Below are positions 1-12,529 of a stretch of DNA of 64,000 nucleotides, piece after piece. Source of the DNA: the human T2T-CHM13v2.0 reference genome, Homo sapiens; NCBI RefSeq assembly GCF_009914755.1, contig NC_060928.1. One strand, given 5' to 3'. The stretch's first letter is position 1. Every line of letters begins with the position of its first letter. Position numbers and translations under genes: made by a program. The notes below the pieces were generated by a model. That model worked only from the letters and a program-made list of their open reading frames with translations, was not told the origin of the DNA and ran no database searches.

Positions 1-3000
1 ATTAACTATATATTTCTATTCTCCAGAGTTTTCCACATTGAAAATATTCATACAAGTTTGTGATTAGTATGTGGGAATCACAAACGTAGCTGATTAAATA
101 AACTACAAGGAACAAAGTTAGAAGATGCATCAGGTTTTATACCTGCATGTGGTAAAAAATATTAGAAATCAAAAGACTTAGGACAGATTTTTCTCATGTT
201 CTCTACCAAATTTGTCTTTCCAGAAAAGTCACCTTTTCCTGCAGTATTACAAAGAAAGAAACTAAACTAGTTCAGAAGGTAATATAGAAAAAAATTTCTA
301 TTCCTATTATATTACTATAAATATATAATTATGACAATATTTTCATAAAATAAATTTATATAACACTTTAGAATCAAATAAGTGGTTTTAATAATAAGTG
401 CTTTTAATCTTCTAAAATGGTTTAAAATAAGTGGTTTTAATCCTCATAAAATCTTTTGCTGTAATAAGATAGTCTTACTATGCTGACTTGATCTAGATTA
501 CACTGCTAATAAATGCCAAATAGAGATAAATTCTTTTTTCATATCAACGTGCTGGTCATGAGTCTTTCACCTATTTTTCCAATTAGTTTGAAGCTTTTCA
601 TCCTGGCACCTGAAGTTCTAATCATAGTACTCATGAACATGATCAAAATAAACTCTATGGAGTTGGTTATTCATATTTACTCCTGAGCTCTTGGTACAGA
701 AATCTCCATGATTAGAAAAGTACTACTTAATTAGAAGTGTTGGTGGCATATCGCATTTCATATTGTATATAATAAGAATAAATAAAAGTTATTTAATCAG
801 ATAATTGTAAAGTCTCAGGGTGTGATGGACATAAAGGTCATCTTATCCAATCATGCAGTAAGACTTAAGACATATATGCAAGTAAATCCAAGTTATATTA
901 ACATACCTGCCCTTTATTTAAAAAATAGCATGCTTTTATTTGACAAGAAACTCTTTAACCTTTACCAGAAGAAGTAGATGGTTTTAGAAAAATATTTTTC
1001 ATAAATTGAATTAATATGGCATCTAGAAGAAAGATTAGTATTTAAAAGTAATATATAAAATGAAACATTTATCATTTATCTATTATATTTGTGAAACTGT
1101 TTGCCAGTTGGACTCTCATTATGTGAATGCAAAACGTATCTTTGCCTTTCCCCTGACATTTGCTCTCTGGTGAGGTATGTCACAGTAAGGTCTGAGCCTT
1201 CTGTGAAACTTAGACATGGCATCAATAGACTGGTGAAGTATGTAAAATATACTAAGTCTCTCTTATCCAGTTTGTTTCCATTTTATTTCCTGATAAGTAC
1301 ACTTCAAGTTCTGCAATTTTTTGAAACTTATTCTGCCTCTTGATCTAACTCATTCTTTCTTATCATCTTCCTTAAGACATTAAGCACCCCACCCTGTCTT
1401 AACTTTCAAAACTGGCACCTTCCTAAATTAAAAAACTAATCTGAAGCTTCCTGTTAAATGGAAGAAGATTAGTTACGCTTTTTTTTTCTTCCTAATTAAT
1501 TTATATACTTTTAAAGGTGAGCTTCTATCTTATTGGTAGTGTCCATTTTTTAAATTCAATTTTAGAAGCTCAGAAATTTAGCTGGGGATTGGATAATGCT
1601 CAGGTTTAGCACATCTATCTTGGCTTCTTCAAAACACATCACATAGGTAACTTCCCTTTCTGCCTTTGTTGTCATCATTCAAACATAGGTTTTATCAGAA
1701 CATATGGCTCTATGAAGTAAAGGAAAATTAGGCAAACTGTGAGAAAGAGAGATGTTTAAATTCTTCTTAATCCTACTTCCTTTTATACTTAGTCTTTTGC
1801 TTGATAAAATATTCAAAATAACATGTTCATCAAGTCTTTTTTTTTCAAGTTATTAATGTGGTATGAAACTTAAACTTTTAGATTCATTGTGGCATTCAAT
1901 AACTACTGGACATAATTTTGTAATTATTTTGAAAGCTTTCTTTGTAATACATCTTATCCATTTTAACCATCCTGTTAGAAGTTCTGAAAAGTATTAGGTT
2001 TTTATTGTGATAACTTGATTAATTTCAGAGGCTTATACACATTTTGGTATGATCTAAATTTATATTAATATTTTACAGATAATGTCATTTTTAGTCAGTG
2101 TATATAGTAAGTAGCCTTTGCCAAAAATAATGTCTTGGGTTTGATTTATTATATTTCTGATTAGAAAGGGAACATATATATCATATGTATGATATATATG
2201 ACAGATAAATTTGTATGAATTAGTGGGTGATGATTTAAGTTCTGAAGAGACGTTATTAAATTTACTATGCATAGACCTTAATTCAATATTTGATAGAGAA
2301 AGTAATGGAGATTTTTGTAGTTAACATATTCATGAGAGTAAATATTCATGAGTGAATAACGGATGTATATATTTCAGTAATAAAAACAGCATTAAAATAG
2401 AAAATCATGTTCAAAGAAAATAATCACTTTATATTGTACCTTGCATTACAGATATATTTTGATATCTCCACAATGTTTGTGACAAAATTGTAAAGATACC
2501 AAAGACCTCATGGATTTGGTTCACTCTGGAGAATCATATTATGTTCCTCAGATATCATTTCTTAAAGAGTCACCTAAGAAAATAACTTGACAGTAACAAA
2601 AGATTTTTTCAGAACAATCTCTGCTGGTTGTTTTTCAGAACAATCTATATTTGTCATTTTTTTTCATTTTGGTGAATAAGAATTACTTTAAAAATAATAG
2701 TAAATCTTAAGTAGTAATGCAGCCACCCTCATTGTTGAGCTGTCTAATTATACATACTCTGATATGCTCTGATTTAAAAATTCCTTCTTCTCTACCATCA
2801 ATTAGGTCAAAGAGTTTATATGTATTATGTCAATTTCTAATGAAATTTGGAGACTATGCTAATCATATTACTTAAGACTCTGACTCTAGTTGGAAAAATA
2901 AAGCTATAAGATATTTAAAATACTCAAACCTTTTCACTTCTGGGAAAATACCAGTTGAATTATGTGTTCTTGGCAGCACATCTAAATATAAGAAATGTAA

Positions 3001-3168
3001 ATTAAATGGGAATATCAACTTAATAAACTAAATTAATTAGGGCATGTGAGATAGCCTTCGGAAATTCTATTTTAAATATTGCCAGAATCTTGATTCTTGG
3101 TTTATTAAAACATTCTAAATAAAATAAAGTGGTAACATAGATATCAGAAAGAACCTCCTTCTCTCTGG

Positions 3169-3170
<2 letters not shown>

Positions 3171-3205
<35 letters not shown>
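3171..3205 (+). repeat. (AC)17 microsatellite
   Basis: Perfect AC dinucleotide run read directly. Confidence 0.97.
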
Positions 3206-3206
<1 letters not shown>

Positions 3207-3409
3207 TTTTACAACAAATGTCATTATTTATTTTGATGTTTTTCCAGAAATCAAAACACTTTCAGAAACAACTAAGATATAAAATACATCATAAAATGAG
3301 ATTTGTATTTATTTCTCACATAAAGTGAAAATATTCTCAGAAGTTGTTTTTGCCAAAACCAATTAATAGGTTACACTTTTCCTATTCTCCTAATAAAGTC
3401 ATCTCCTCC

Positions 3410-3988
3410 TGTCTCAGGCTCTAGCCCACTCAGGGCCAGGGGAAACAAGAACAACCACTAGTATTGAGACATGCTGCTGCAGAACTGATTTCGACGCACT
3501 TGGCCTCCTCGGTCAACCCCACTTTTCACAAACCAACCAACCAACCAACCATGGCCACAGAGAAACTTTGACTTGTCCAAGTGTCATTTGATATGGCTGT
3601 CATACTGCATTAACAGGAAGAGGGGCATGCACCAAGAAACAACCCTGCCGAGGTTAAAACACCGAGACAAAGAAGTTGGAAGTCTGTAGGGCAGGCCCAT
3701 CAGGAAGAGACTGTGCAGAGCGCCGCAGAAAGAAACTCTGCAAGAATGAGCCAAAGCTGCTGTCCAGAGGTGGAATTTTCCCCTCTCTCTAAAAGCCTCA
3801 GCCTTGCTTTACGGAATTTCCAATCATTTAAGTCTGGCCTACTAAAGATAATACCCCTATGTAAAAGCAATTAATTGGGGACTTTAATAAATCTGCAAAA
3901 TCCCTTCACAGCAGCTCCTAGATTAGCATCTGACTGAACACCTAGGGGTGCCAGCCTAGCCAAGTCTATACATCATGAAGCCATCACA
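3410..3988 (-). mobile_element. ERVL-type solo LTR (MLT2-like), old
   Basis: The right end ...gcctagccaagtctatacatcatgaagccatcaca is the reverse complement of the MLT2-type start TGTGATGG...; the motif 'atctgcaaaatcccttcacagcagctcctagattag' is present. Left boundary and subfamily are uncertain. Confidence 0.6.
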
Positions 3989-4484
3989 GTGCCCATCAAA
4001 GAGCCTATTATACTTTATTTTATCTCTAAATTTTTAACCTGTGAAAATGTGAAAGACTATTTGTTAATTTTGCTCAGGGGGTTAAGGGCTTGTTCCATTG
4101 TATCCTGCCCACATTTTCATGTATTCTTTCTCTTTTGGATATTTAGATCAAACACAGATTCAGACATTTTTAGAGTGATGTGGCAATATACTGATTCAAA
4201 TTATCAAGTCATAGATTTTTTTTTCTTCTTGGTCACTATTTTCATTTGTAGTTCAACCATCATTACACTAAAGCACAAGGTTGATAAATAGATGGTCTTA
4301 ATGACTAGATCATTTAGAATACAAAGGAACTTTCGTAACTGATGTATGAGACACTCACACTAAGTTAATTTAGAGTAAACTATACCTTAGCAGCGTCAAG
4401 TAAAGATAGGGAAAGAAAATGATGAAAGGCTCTTAAATCTAGCTACAAACAGAACAGAAATGCGGAATATCTATTAGCAAATAG

Positions 4485-5210
4485 GATTTTCGTTGGGATT
4501 TTGCTGAATCCATTTGGGAAGAATTGACATTTTACTAATATTGAGACTCATGAGCAATGAATAAGATATATTTCTTCATTTATATAGTTATTATTTAATT
4601 CCTTTTCCATAAGTATTTTTATTTTTTGTGCTATTAATGCTATTTTTAAATAATTATTTTAATTACTGGTTGTTCATTGCTAGGAAATGGAAATAAAATT
4701 GACAACCATGCATTTATCTTATATCTTGTAAATATGCTAAACTCATTAATTAGTTCCATTCTTTTTTTTAAGATCCTTCAGATTTTCTGCAAAAATTATT
4801 ATAAATAAAAAGAGTTTTATTCATTGAAGTCTCAGTAATTTTTATTTTTTTATCACCTGATTGCAATGGCTAGAACTTTAGTACAATGTTGAATAAAAAT
4901 TATAAAAGTAGACATTGTTGTCTTGTTCTGATCTTATGTAAAAATAATTCATTTTTTCCTTAAATAGGATATTAGCTATAGGGTTTTTTTTGGATGTTTT
5001 TGGCCAGGGTTAAGAATTTCTCTTCTATTTCTATTTTGATTAAATTTTTGTTCTTTTTTAAAATTAGAAACAGATGTTGGAATTTGTTAATTACTTTTAA
5101 CAAATAAGATGCTCATATAAATATTCTATCTTAGTTTGTTAATATGTTTAATTACATTTTTGATTTTCAAATACCAAGTTCCATTTTTGGGAAAAATACC
5201 ACTTAGTAGT
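4485..5210 (-). mobile_element. Old L1 (L1M) ORF2 fragment, antisense
   Basis: T-rich antisense L1 ORF2 motifs: 'gggaagaattgacattttactaatattgag', 'gcaatggctagaactttagtacaatgttgaata', 'agtagacattgttgtcttgttctgatctt'. Confidence 0.8.
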
Positions 5211-5224
5211 ATCTTATGTTGTCT

Positions 5225-6420
<1,196 letters not shown>

Positions 6421-7468
6421 GTATTTAAGTATCAAAGACATATATATGTTTTCAAACCACAGATTTATATTATTGCAAAATTTTGCAGAATGAGGACTAT
6501 ATTATTTTTTGTAAAAATGAAAAGCTCCAAAGAGGTAAAAACAGTATGAACAATTGTGTGTGGACATTACATTTAATATATGGAAAAATACAAGTGAAAG
6601 AAGCATTTAGGTATGAACTATTAAATTACAACTTTATGTAATTAAGTTTAAGTTAGGCAAAAATGTAATTCATTTGGTGATTATTACCAAATGAATTTCA
6701 CCAAATGATTATCACCAAATGAGTTTCAGGTGGATGATAGTTTGAAGGTACAGACTTGGAGAAAGTGTAGAAATTAAGGATGCCCCAAAGGCTGAGCATC
6801 AGGAACCATATCAATGACCAAGCACTGGAACATTTGCTCATAGCCTATAACATCCATACTCCTTTCTTTGCTGAGTCATTGCATAGTGGCTAGGTGTGTG
6901 GGGGACAGTGATTCTGAGAAACATCAGATAGATTGAGCAAGGTAAAATATCTGGTCCTAGGCAGTGGAAGTAGGGCTGTGGGGTGAATCTGGTCGCTTAC
7001 ACTTTTAATTGAAGACACAGTCTCTCACCAAGATTACACACAAACAAAAAATTAGAGTATTTGTAGGGAATGGAGTTAGATGATGACATCCTTAAAATAT
7101 CAAATGTTCACAACAACTGGGAAACAATATAAAATTTAAAAGAGTAATAAAATGACATTAAATTCACCTTCTGTTTGAAATTTGCTTTAACTCTTAAAAT
7201 GCACAGAGGTTAAGAAGGGAATGCATGTTTCTGGGTTGAGCTAAACGAAACTATTTAATAATTTTACTTTAGAAGATCACAATTGCCTTTTCAAAATGAA
7301 AAATTGCCCTCCAGCTTTAAACTATTGACATGATTATAAACCATTGAAAGATAAATGATAATTTAGTGGATTAATATGTGCCTAATTAATTGGCCTTGAT
7401 AAATATAAACTATTTAGTTTTAACAATATAGAAATACTTTTCCTGAAAAGCATATTAAAAAAAAAAAA

Positions 7469-9770
7469 CAGAAGCTTCCAGTTTATTTATTTTAGTTTTA
7501 CTCTCTTCACATACCAACAGCTACAACTTTCCTCCCTTTGTGGGGTCCCCAAACTAAGTCTCTTTCCAGGAGAACAGACACATGCCTCCATCAGCTCTGA
7601 GGACTCTGAGGGACTCCAGACTGTGAGCTGGGTTATGGTCTCCCATATTAAAAGAGGTTGATAGCTCTCACAGGTCTTTGCCTCATTTATGTACAAAGGC
7701 TCAGAAAATTTCTTCAGCATTTGGGACCCTGGTGTTCTGTAGCTCCACCGCCACTGCTTGACTTAGTCAAGTCCTGCTAGCCAAGTCAACGATTATCTAG
7801 AGTCCAAATGTCCACTGTTCTCTTACTTTGCTCTTTTGGGCCAACCCAGTGGGCAAGCTGGGCCCAGCAGACTCTCCAACTGAGGGTCAGTCCAGAGTCA
7901 GCTTCCAGGTCACTGACCAATCCTGCAGACTACAGGCTTTGTTGTTCTTCCCTGACATTTCTCTTGCTCAGAATCCACAGACATAAACACCACCTGGAAC
8001 AGGGACAGCCAGAGAATCTATTTTCCCTCACAGCTTTATGTGCCTGCTCCCAACACCCTTTCCACAGAACTGAACGCTGCTTGATGAATAACTGGACACT
8101 CTAGGACTCCTGTCGGCCACTTGTACTGAAAGTCAAATCTCAGGGACAGTTGTAAGTCAAGCTTGATTATCCCACACTGTGGGACACTGTGAAGGTTCAT
8201 GTCAATCTGGGGACCATAGAAAGCACCAACTCCAAAGTTCAGGTCTCAAGAGTTCTCCAAATTCCTCCAGGGTCCATTGAAGGACCTGTTTAGCCTATTC
8301 CCAAAGGCAATGCTCCCTGAGGAAGCCAGATGGCAAGGTGGACAGTGCCAAGCAGAAGAAGCAGCAAAGGACAACATAGACATAGTGGAGGAAATCAAGA
8401 CAGCTTCAGATCTCTGCTTCCCACTGATCTGGTGCTGATCTTCCATCATCCTATTGGAAGCACCATGGCTGGGTAAGTCTCCCAGGACTGCTGGAGGCCT
8501 CAGTCAGTTGTAGGGCCTAGAAGTCAACCAGTTGCAGTGGTAGCTTCCTCCAGGATCTGAGGGGGTGGGTGAACATCAGGCAGCATGTAGGGCAGTTTAT
8601 GGGCTGTAGGGTGTGTCTTGGGGATGCCTAGAGCTGTCAGGCCTGTCAGAGTCTGGGGCTACAGGGGCAAACATGTCTGCCCTTTAATTTTCCCAGTGCC
8701 CTGAATGTTCCAGAGTTTTGTAGAGAACACTGTGGTGGGCCTACTCAGCCTTGATAAATACCAGTAATGCAGTATACACCCTTGTCCCTCGTGGCAAGAA
8801 GCAGCAGCTTCCAGGGCTCAGTTCATGGAAGCAGAAGAGCTCCTGTTCCTTCCCAACATGGCAGTGGTCTGCAAATCAGTTTCCTCTCTCCATACCTCCA
8901 AGGTTTTCACAAACTCTGCTGTGGAGAACTCTTTGCAGTGTCTCTAGAGCTTCAGAAGACCTCCATAAAGATGAAAAGTTTCTTAGCAACTTCAATCTTT
9001 CAATCTGTCTAGTATGCCAAAGGTGGGGACTCAGCAAAGGTCAACCAATACGCCATGCCCATATACTGTTACTGTCAGACTTGTGACTTTCTCCTGGCTC
9101 AGGTGAAGTTTAAAGTGGTTGTCTTGAACAGCTGGCAAAGCTGATATAGGAAACCTCTATCCTACAGAAGAATTAAGCAGAGCTGTAAGTTCCCTGGAAA
9201 TCTGTGGCAAAGCAGGCACTCTGAGACGCAGGTTGTCTGCTCCTTTCTTGGGAAGAGATTATGGTAAAAAAAACAGCCTTGGACGGAGAATAGCACCTAG
9301 GAATTGTTCAGCTGCTGCCCACAGGACATGGGCACTGGAGTGCCAGAGCAGTCTTTCCCTTCTGAGGAATGGAATGTCAGAAATTTGAGGTCAGAATTGT
9401 CTTCAAGAGTGGCTCCAAATCATAAAGTTCTTAATTCACATGAGCAGCTTCTACAGTGTCTGCCAGTGTGGAACTGAACTGCAGGGCTAATTGGTAAGGG
9501 TTTGTTTCCCATGCAACAGCATCCACTTTCTGGTTTCCAAGAAGTGATATATTAATATGCTGGGGTTTCTTCTGTGCTATGCTTGCTAACCTCTTTACCT
9601 AAGAAGCCCATAGCTCCTCAAAAGGCTAAGCCACTCTGCCAATCAGTATGGAGGAACAGTTACAACTGCCGTGATGTGTATGTAGCCCACATGCCTGTAA
9701 CTTTTGGAGTCAGAGTGGACATCACCTCTGATACAGCCTCATGTTCCCTGAAAGATATAATTTCACCAAC
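7469..9770 (-). pseudogene. TARS2: Processed pseudogene of mitochondrial threonyl-tRNA synthetase TARS2 (probably the copy named TARS2P1); CDS remnant 9742..7701 plus UTRs
   Basis: The minus strand starts ATG AGG CTG TAT CAG AGG TGA (TARS2 MALYQRW, W>stop) at 9742. It contains ThrRS-like segments [36 protein letters not shown] and [20 protein letters not shown], and ends VELQNTRVPNAEEIF-TGA at 7703-7701, matching the TARS2 C-terminus. It has no introns, multiple stops and indels, and AATAAA on the minus strand at 7487-7482. Confidence 0.95.
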
Positions 9771-10172
9771 GTTCAGATATTTATAATGCAAAGGAAACGT
9801 ATATTCATATCTCATGAATAAAAAATAAACATTAAATATTTAACAGCTATTAAGAGGTATAAATCTAAGCAAGTACTTTTGATAGGTGGATGATTAAAAA
9901 CTTATCTCACTTAAATTTAAATACTTAAAAATTTTATTAACATAAATTAACTACATTTTGTGTCAAGATATCTTGTTTTCATATTTTAGCATATTTAGCA
10001 TTTAGAAATGCCAGATGTAAAATTTCTAAAAAAATTAACTTGCTAACTCATAGAAGTTGCTAATTTATTTTATTACAAAAGGATATGGTGCTAATTTACA
10101 AAAATTCTAAAAAATTATATTAATATTATTGAGAAGAAGCTACAATAGAATTATGATAACCAAGATGGCTTC

Positions 10173-10566
10173 TGTCTTAGTCCATTTCATTTACCAAAAC
10201 AATACCAAATATTAGGTAATTTATAAAGAATAGAAGTTTATTTGGCTCATAGTTCTGGAGGCTGGGAAATGCAAGAGCATAGCATCAGCATCTGGTTAGG
10301 GCCTTATAGCTCCATCATAATATAATGTAGGGCATCACGTGGTGAGGGACAAGAGCAAGAGAGCCAAGGAACGCTTAGTTTTATAAAAAAGCCACTCCCA
10401 TGATAATGAATCTACTCCCACAATAATAACATTAATATATTCATGAAGGCAGAACTCTCGTGAATCTACTAACTCATTAATGAGAGCATAGGTCACATTA
10501 ATCCATTCATGAAGGCAGAGAGATTAGGATTCTAACACATGAAGAGGACACATTCAAACCATAGCA
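10173..10566 (-). mobile_element. MaLR solo LTR (MST family, MSTC/D-like)
   Basis: tgtcttagtccattt...gtttatttggctcatagttctggaggctggga...cacattcaaaccatagca termini. Confidence 0.8.
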
Positions 10567-10663
10567 GTTTTTAACTGTTTTATCTCATTTATCTAATTCT
10601 AATTCCTTTGTTTAAATACTGTGGCTAGCTCAAGTGTTTGTAAATGTTCAATTATTTCATATT

Positions 10664-11025
10664 TGTCTTACTCTATTTGAGTTGTTAAAACACAATACCA
10701 TAAAATAGGTGGCTTATAAATAAAAAACATCTATTTCTCATAGTTCTGGAGGCTGGGGAGTACAAGATCAATGTGCTGGTAAAATTAGTGTCTGGTGAAG
10801 TTCAACTTTCCAGTTTATAAAATGGCACCTTCTTACTGTCGCCTCACATGTTAGACAGAGAAGGAGTACTATGGTGTCTCTTTGTAAAGGGCAATAATTC
10901 CATTCCTGAAGGTTTAACTCTCATAACTAATCACTTCCCAAAAGCCCACCTCTTTGTGCCATCACATTGGTAATTAGAGTTCAACATATAAATTTTAGAG
11001 AAAAAGAAACATTCAGACCAAAGCA
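10664..11025 (-). mobile_element. MaLR solo LTR (MLT1A/MLT1A0-like)
   Basis: 'ggtggcttataaa...tttctcatagttctggaggctgggg...acattcagaccaaagca'; perfect 5-bp TSD ATATT at 10659-10663 and 11026-11030. Confidence 0.85.
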
Positions 11026-11875
11026 ATATTTAAGACAACAACTTAAAATCTCACCTATATGTCTTCTACAATATGCAATTTAGATATAAAATTTAGCCTA
11101 ATATATGAGCTGAAATACTGGTATGAATCTCTACCTTTGAACACGACTATACTAGAAAACAAAATATTCCCTGTATTATAAAAATAAATAAAATAAGAAA
11201 GTTATTATTAAAAAAGAAGGTTATTAAGTTTTATTATTCTTCTTTGGTTAAGTTCAGTTTAGAAATTCGAAAGAAAGAATAAGAAAAAATAACTATTATT
11301 GTCCCTTGCCTATTATTAACTAAAAATTAGAAAATAGGTGTGATTTCTACAATATTTTAGATAGAGCTTAACAGTTCTCAAAAATTTATAAATTACCGAA
11401 TAAATGAAAATATTCCAAAATTTATCATAACCTGCTATTAAAGCATACTTAAAATAGATGGTATCCTGCTGGTTCTCATGGGCACCATCATATCTCCAGT
11501 AATTTAGGGTAAGAGATTTAGTTTAATTGCTAATTGCATAAATGAAACTGGGTCATATAATTTACTATTTAATTAACTATATAAATACAAATGATTATGC
11601 TACATTTTATATTTTTGCAAGTTACTATGTTGGTTATGATACTTCATACTTGAAAAGAATATTTTATTTTTACCTGAAAGGAAATTTTGTCAAAAACTTT
11701 TTTTTAAAACAAAATTTCAAATGATATTTTTTCACATGCACCAACTATCCCTCTCTTTTCCTTTTAAAATGTAAAATAAATAGAGACTTGACGGTTAAAG
11801 TTAACTATTATTTCATATGCATGTGTATATAAATATAAAATATGTGTATATATTACATAATACACACACACACGT

Positions 11876-12030
11876 TTTCTGAAACAGGGTCTTGCTCTTT
11901 TACTCAGGCTGGAGTGCAGTGGCACCGTCATAGCTTACTGCAGCCTTACCCTCCTAAGCTCAAGTGATTCTCTCACCTTAGTCTCCCAAGTAGCTGGGCC
12001 TACAGGCACAGGCCTCCATGTCAGGCAAAT

Positions 12031-12075
<45 letters not shown>

Positions 12076-12199
12076 TTTTTGTAGAGATAAGATCTGACTC
12101 TATTGCCCAGGTTGATCTTGAACTCCCAACATAAAGTAATCCTCTTGCCTCAGCTTCCCAAAGTGTTAGGATTATAAGTGTGAGCCATTGTGCCTGGCC
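11876..12199 (-). mobile_element. AluJ with (TTTA)n expansion in the central linker
   Basis: 'gaaacagggtcttgctc...catagcttactgcagcctt' J-type diagnostics; ends tgcctggcc; (TTTA)n at ~12029-12075. Confidence 0.92.
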
Positions 12200-12529
12200 C
12201 TGATGTTAACTTTTAGTCAGTAAGGAAAAGTAGCCTCTTCAAAATTACTTAAAGCCAAAAGAATTATCATTATAACATGCTAATTTTCATCTTTAATTTG
12301 AGAAACAAATGCAACGTATATATAATAGAAGATACATCCACCAAAATAAAAAAATATATTCAGAAGCTTAGAAGTTCCATACTATGTGCTCCTTAAGTCA
12401 CATTTGATAAGTTTATTATTTCCACAGAGGTATAGTTTGTTCAGCTCTATCTTGACAAAGAAATATCCTGCTTTGGAATTACTGTCTTAATGAATAATTG
12501 CACAGAATATAAAAATAGAATATTATCAT

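Noticed and set aside
377-445. Repeated aataagtggttttaat motif (also small duplications at ~2325, ~2605 and ~14320)
   Set aside because: Short slippage duplications, common in AT-rich DNA; no evidence of function.
7487-9786. ORF-track ORFs across the GC-richer block as a functional gene
   Set aside because: They are off-frame or antisense to the disabled TARS2 retrocopy, whose true frame has a stop at codon 7 and many indels.
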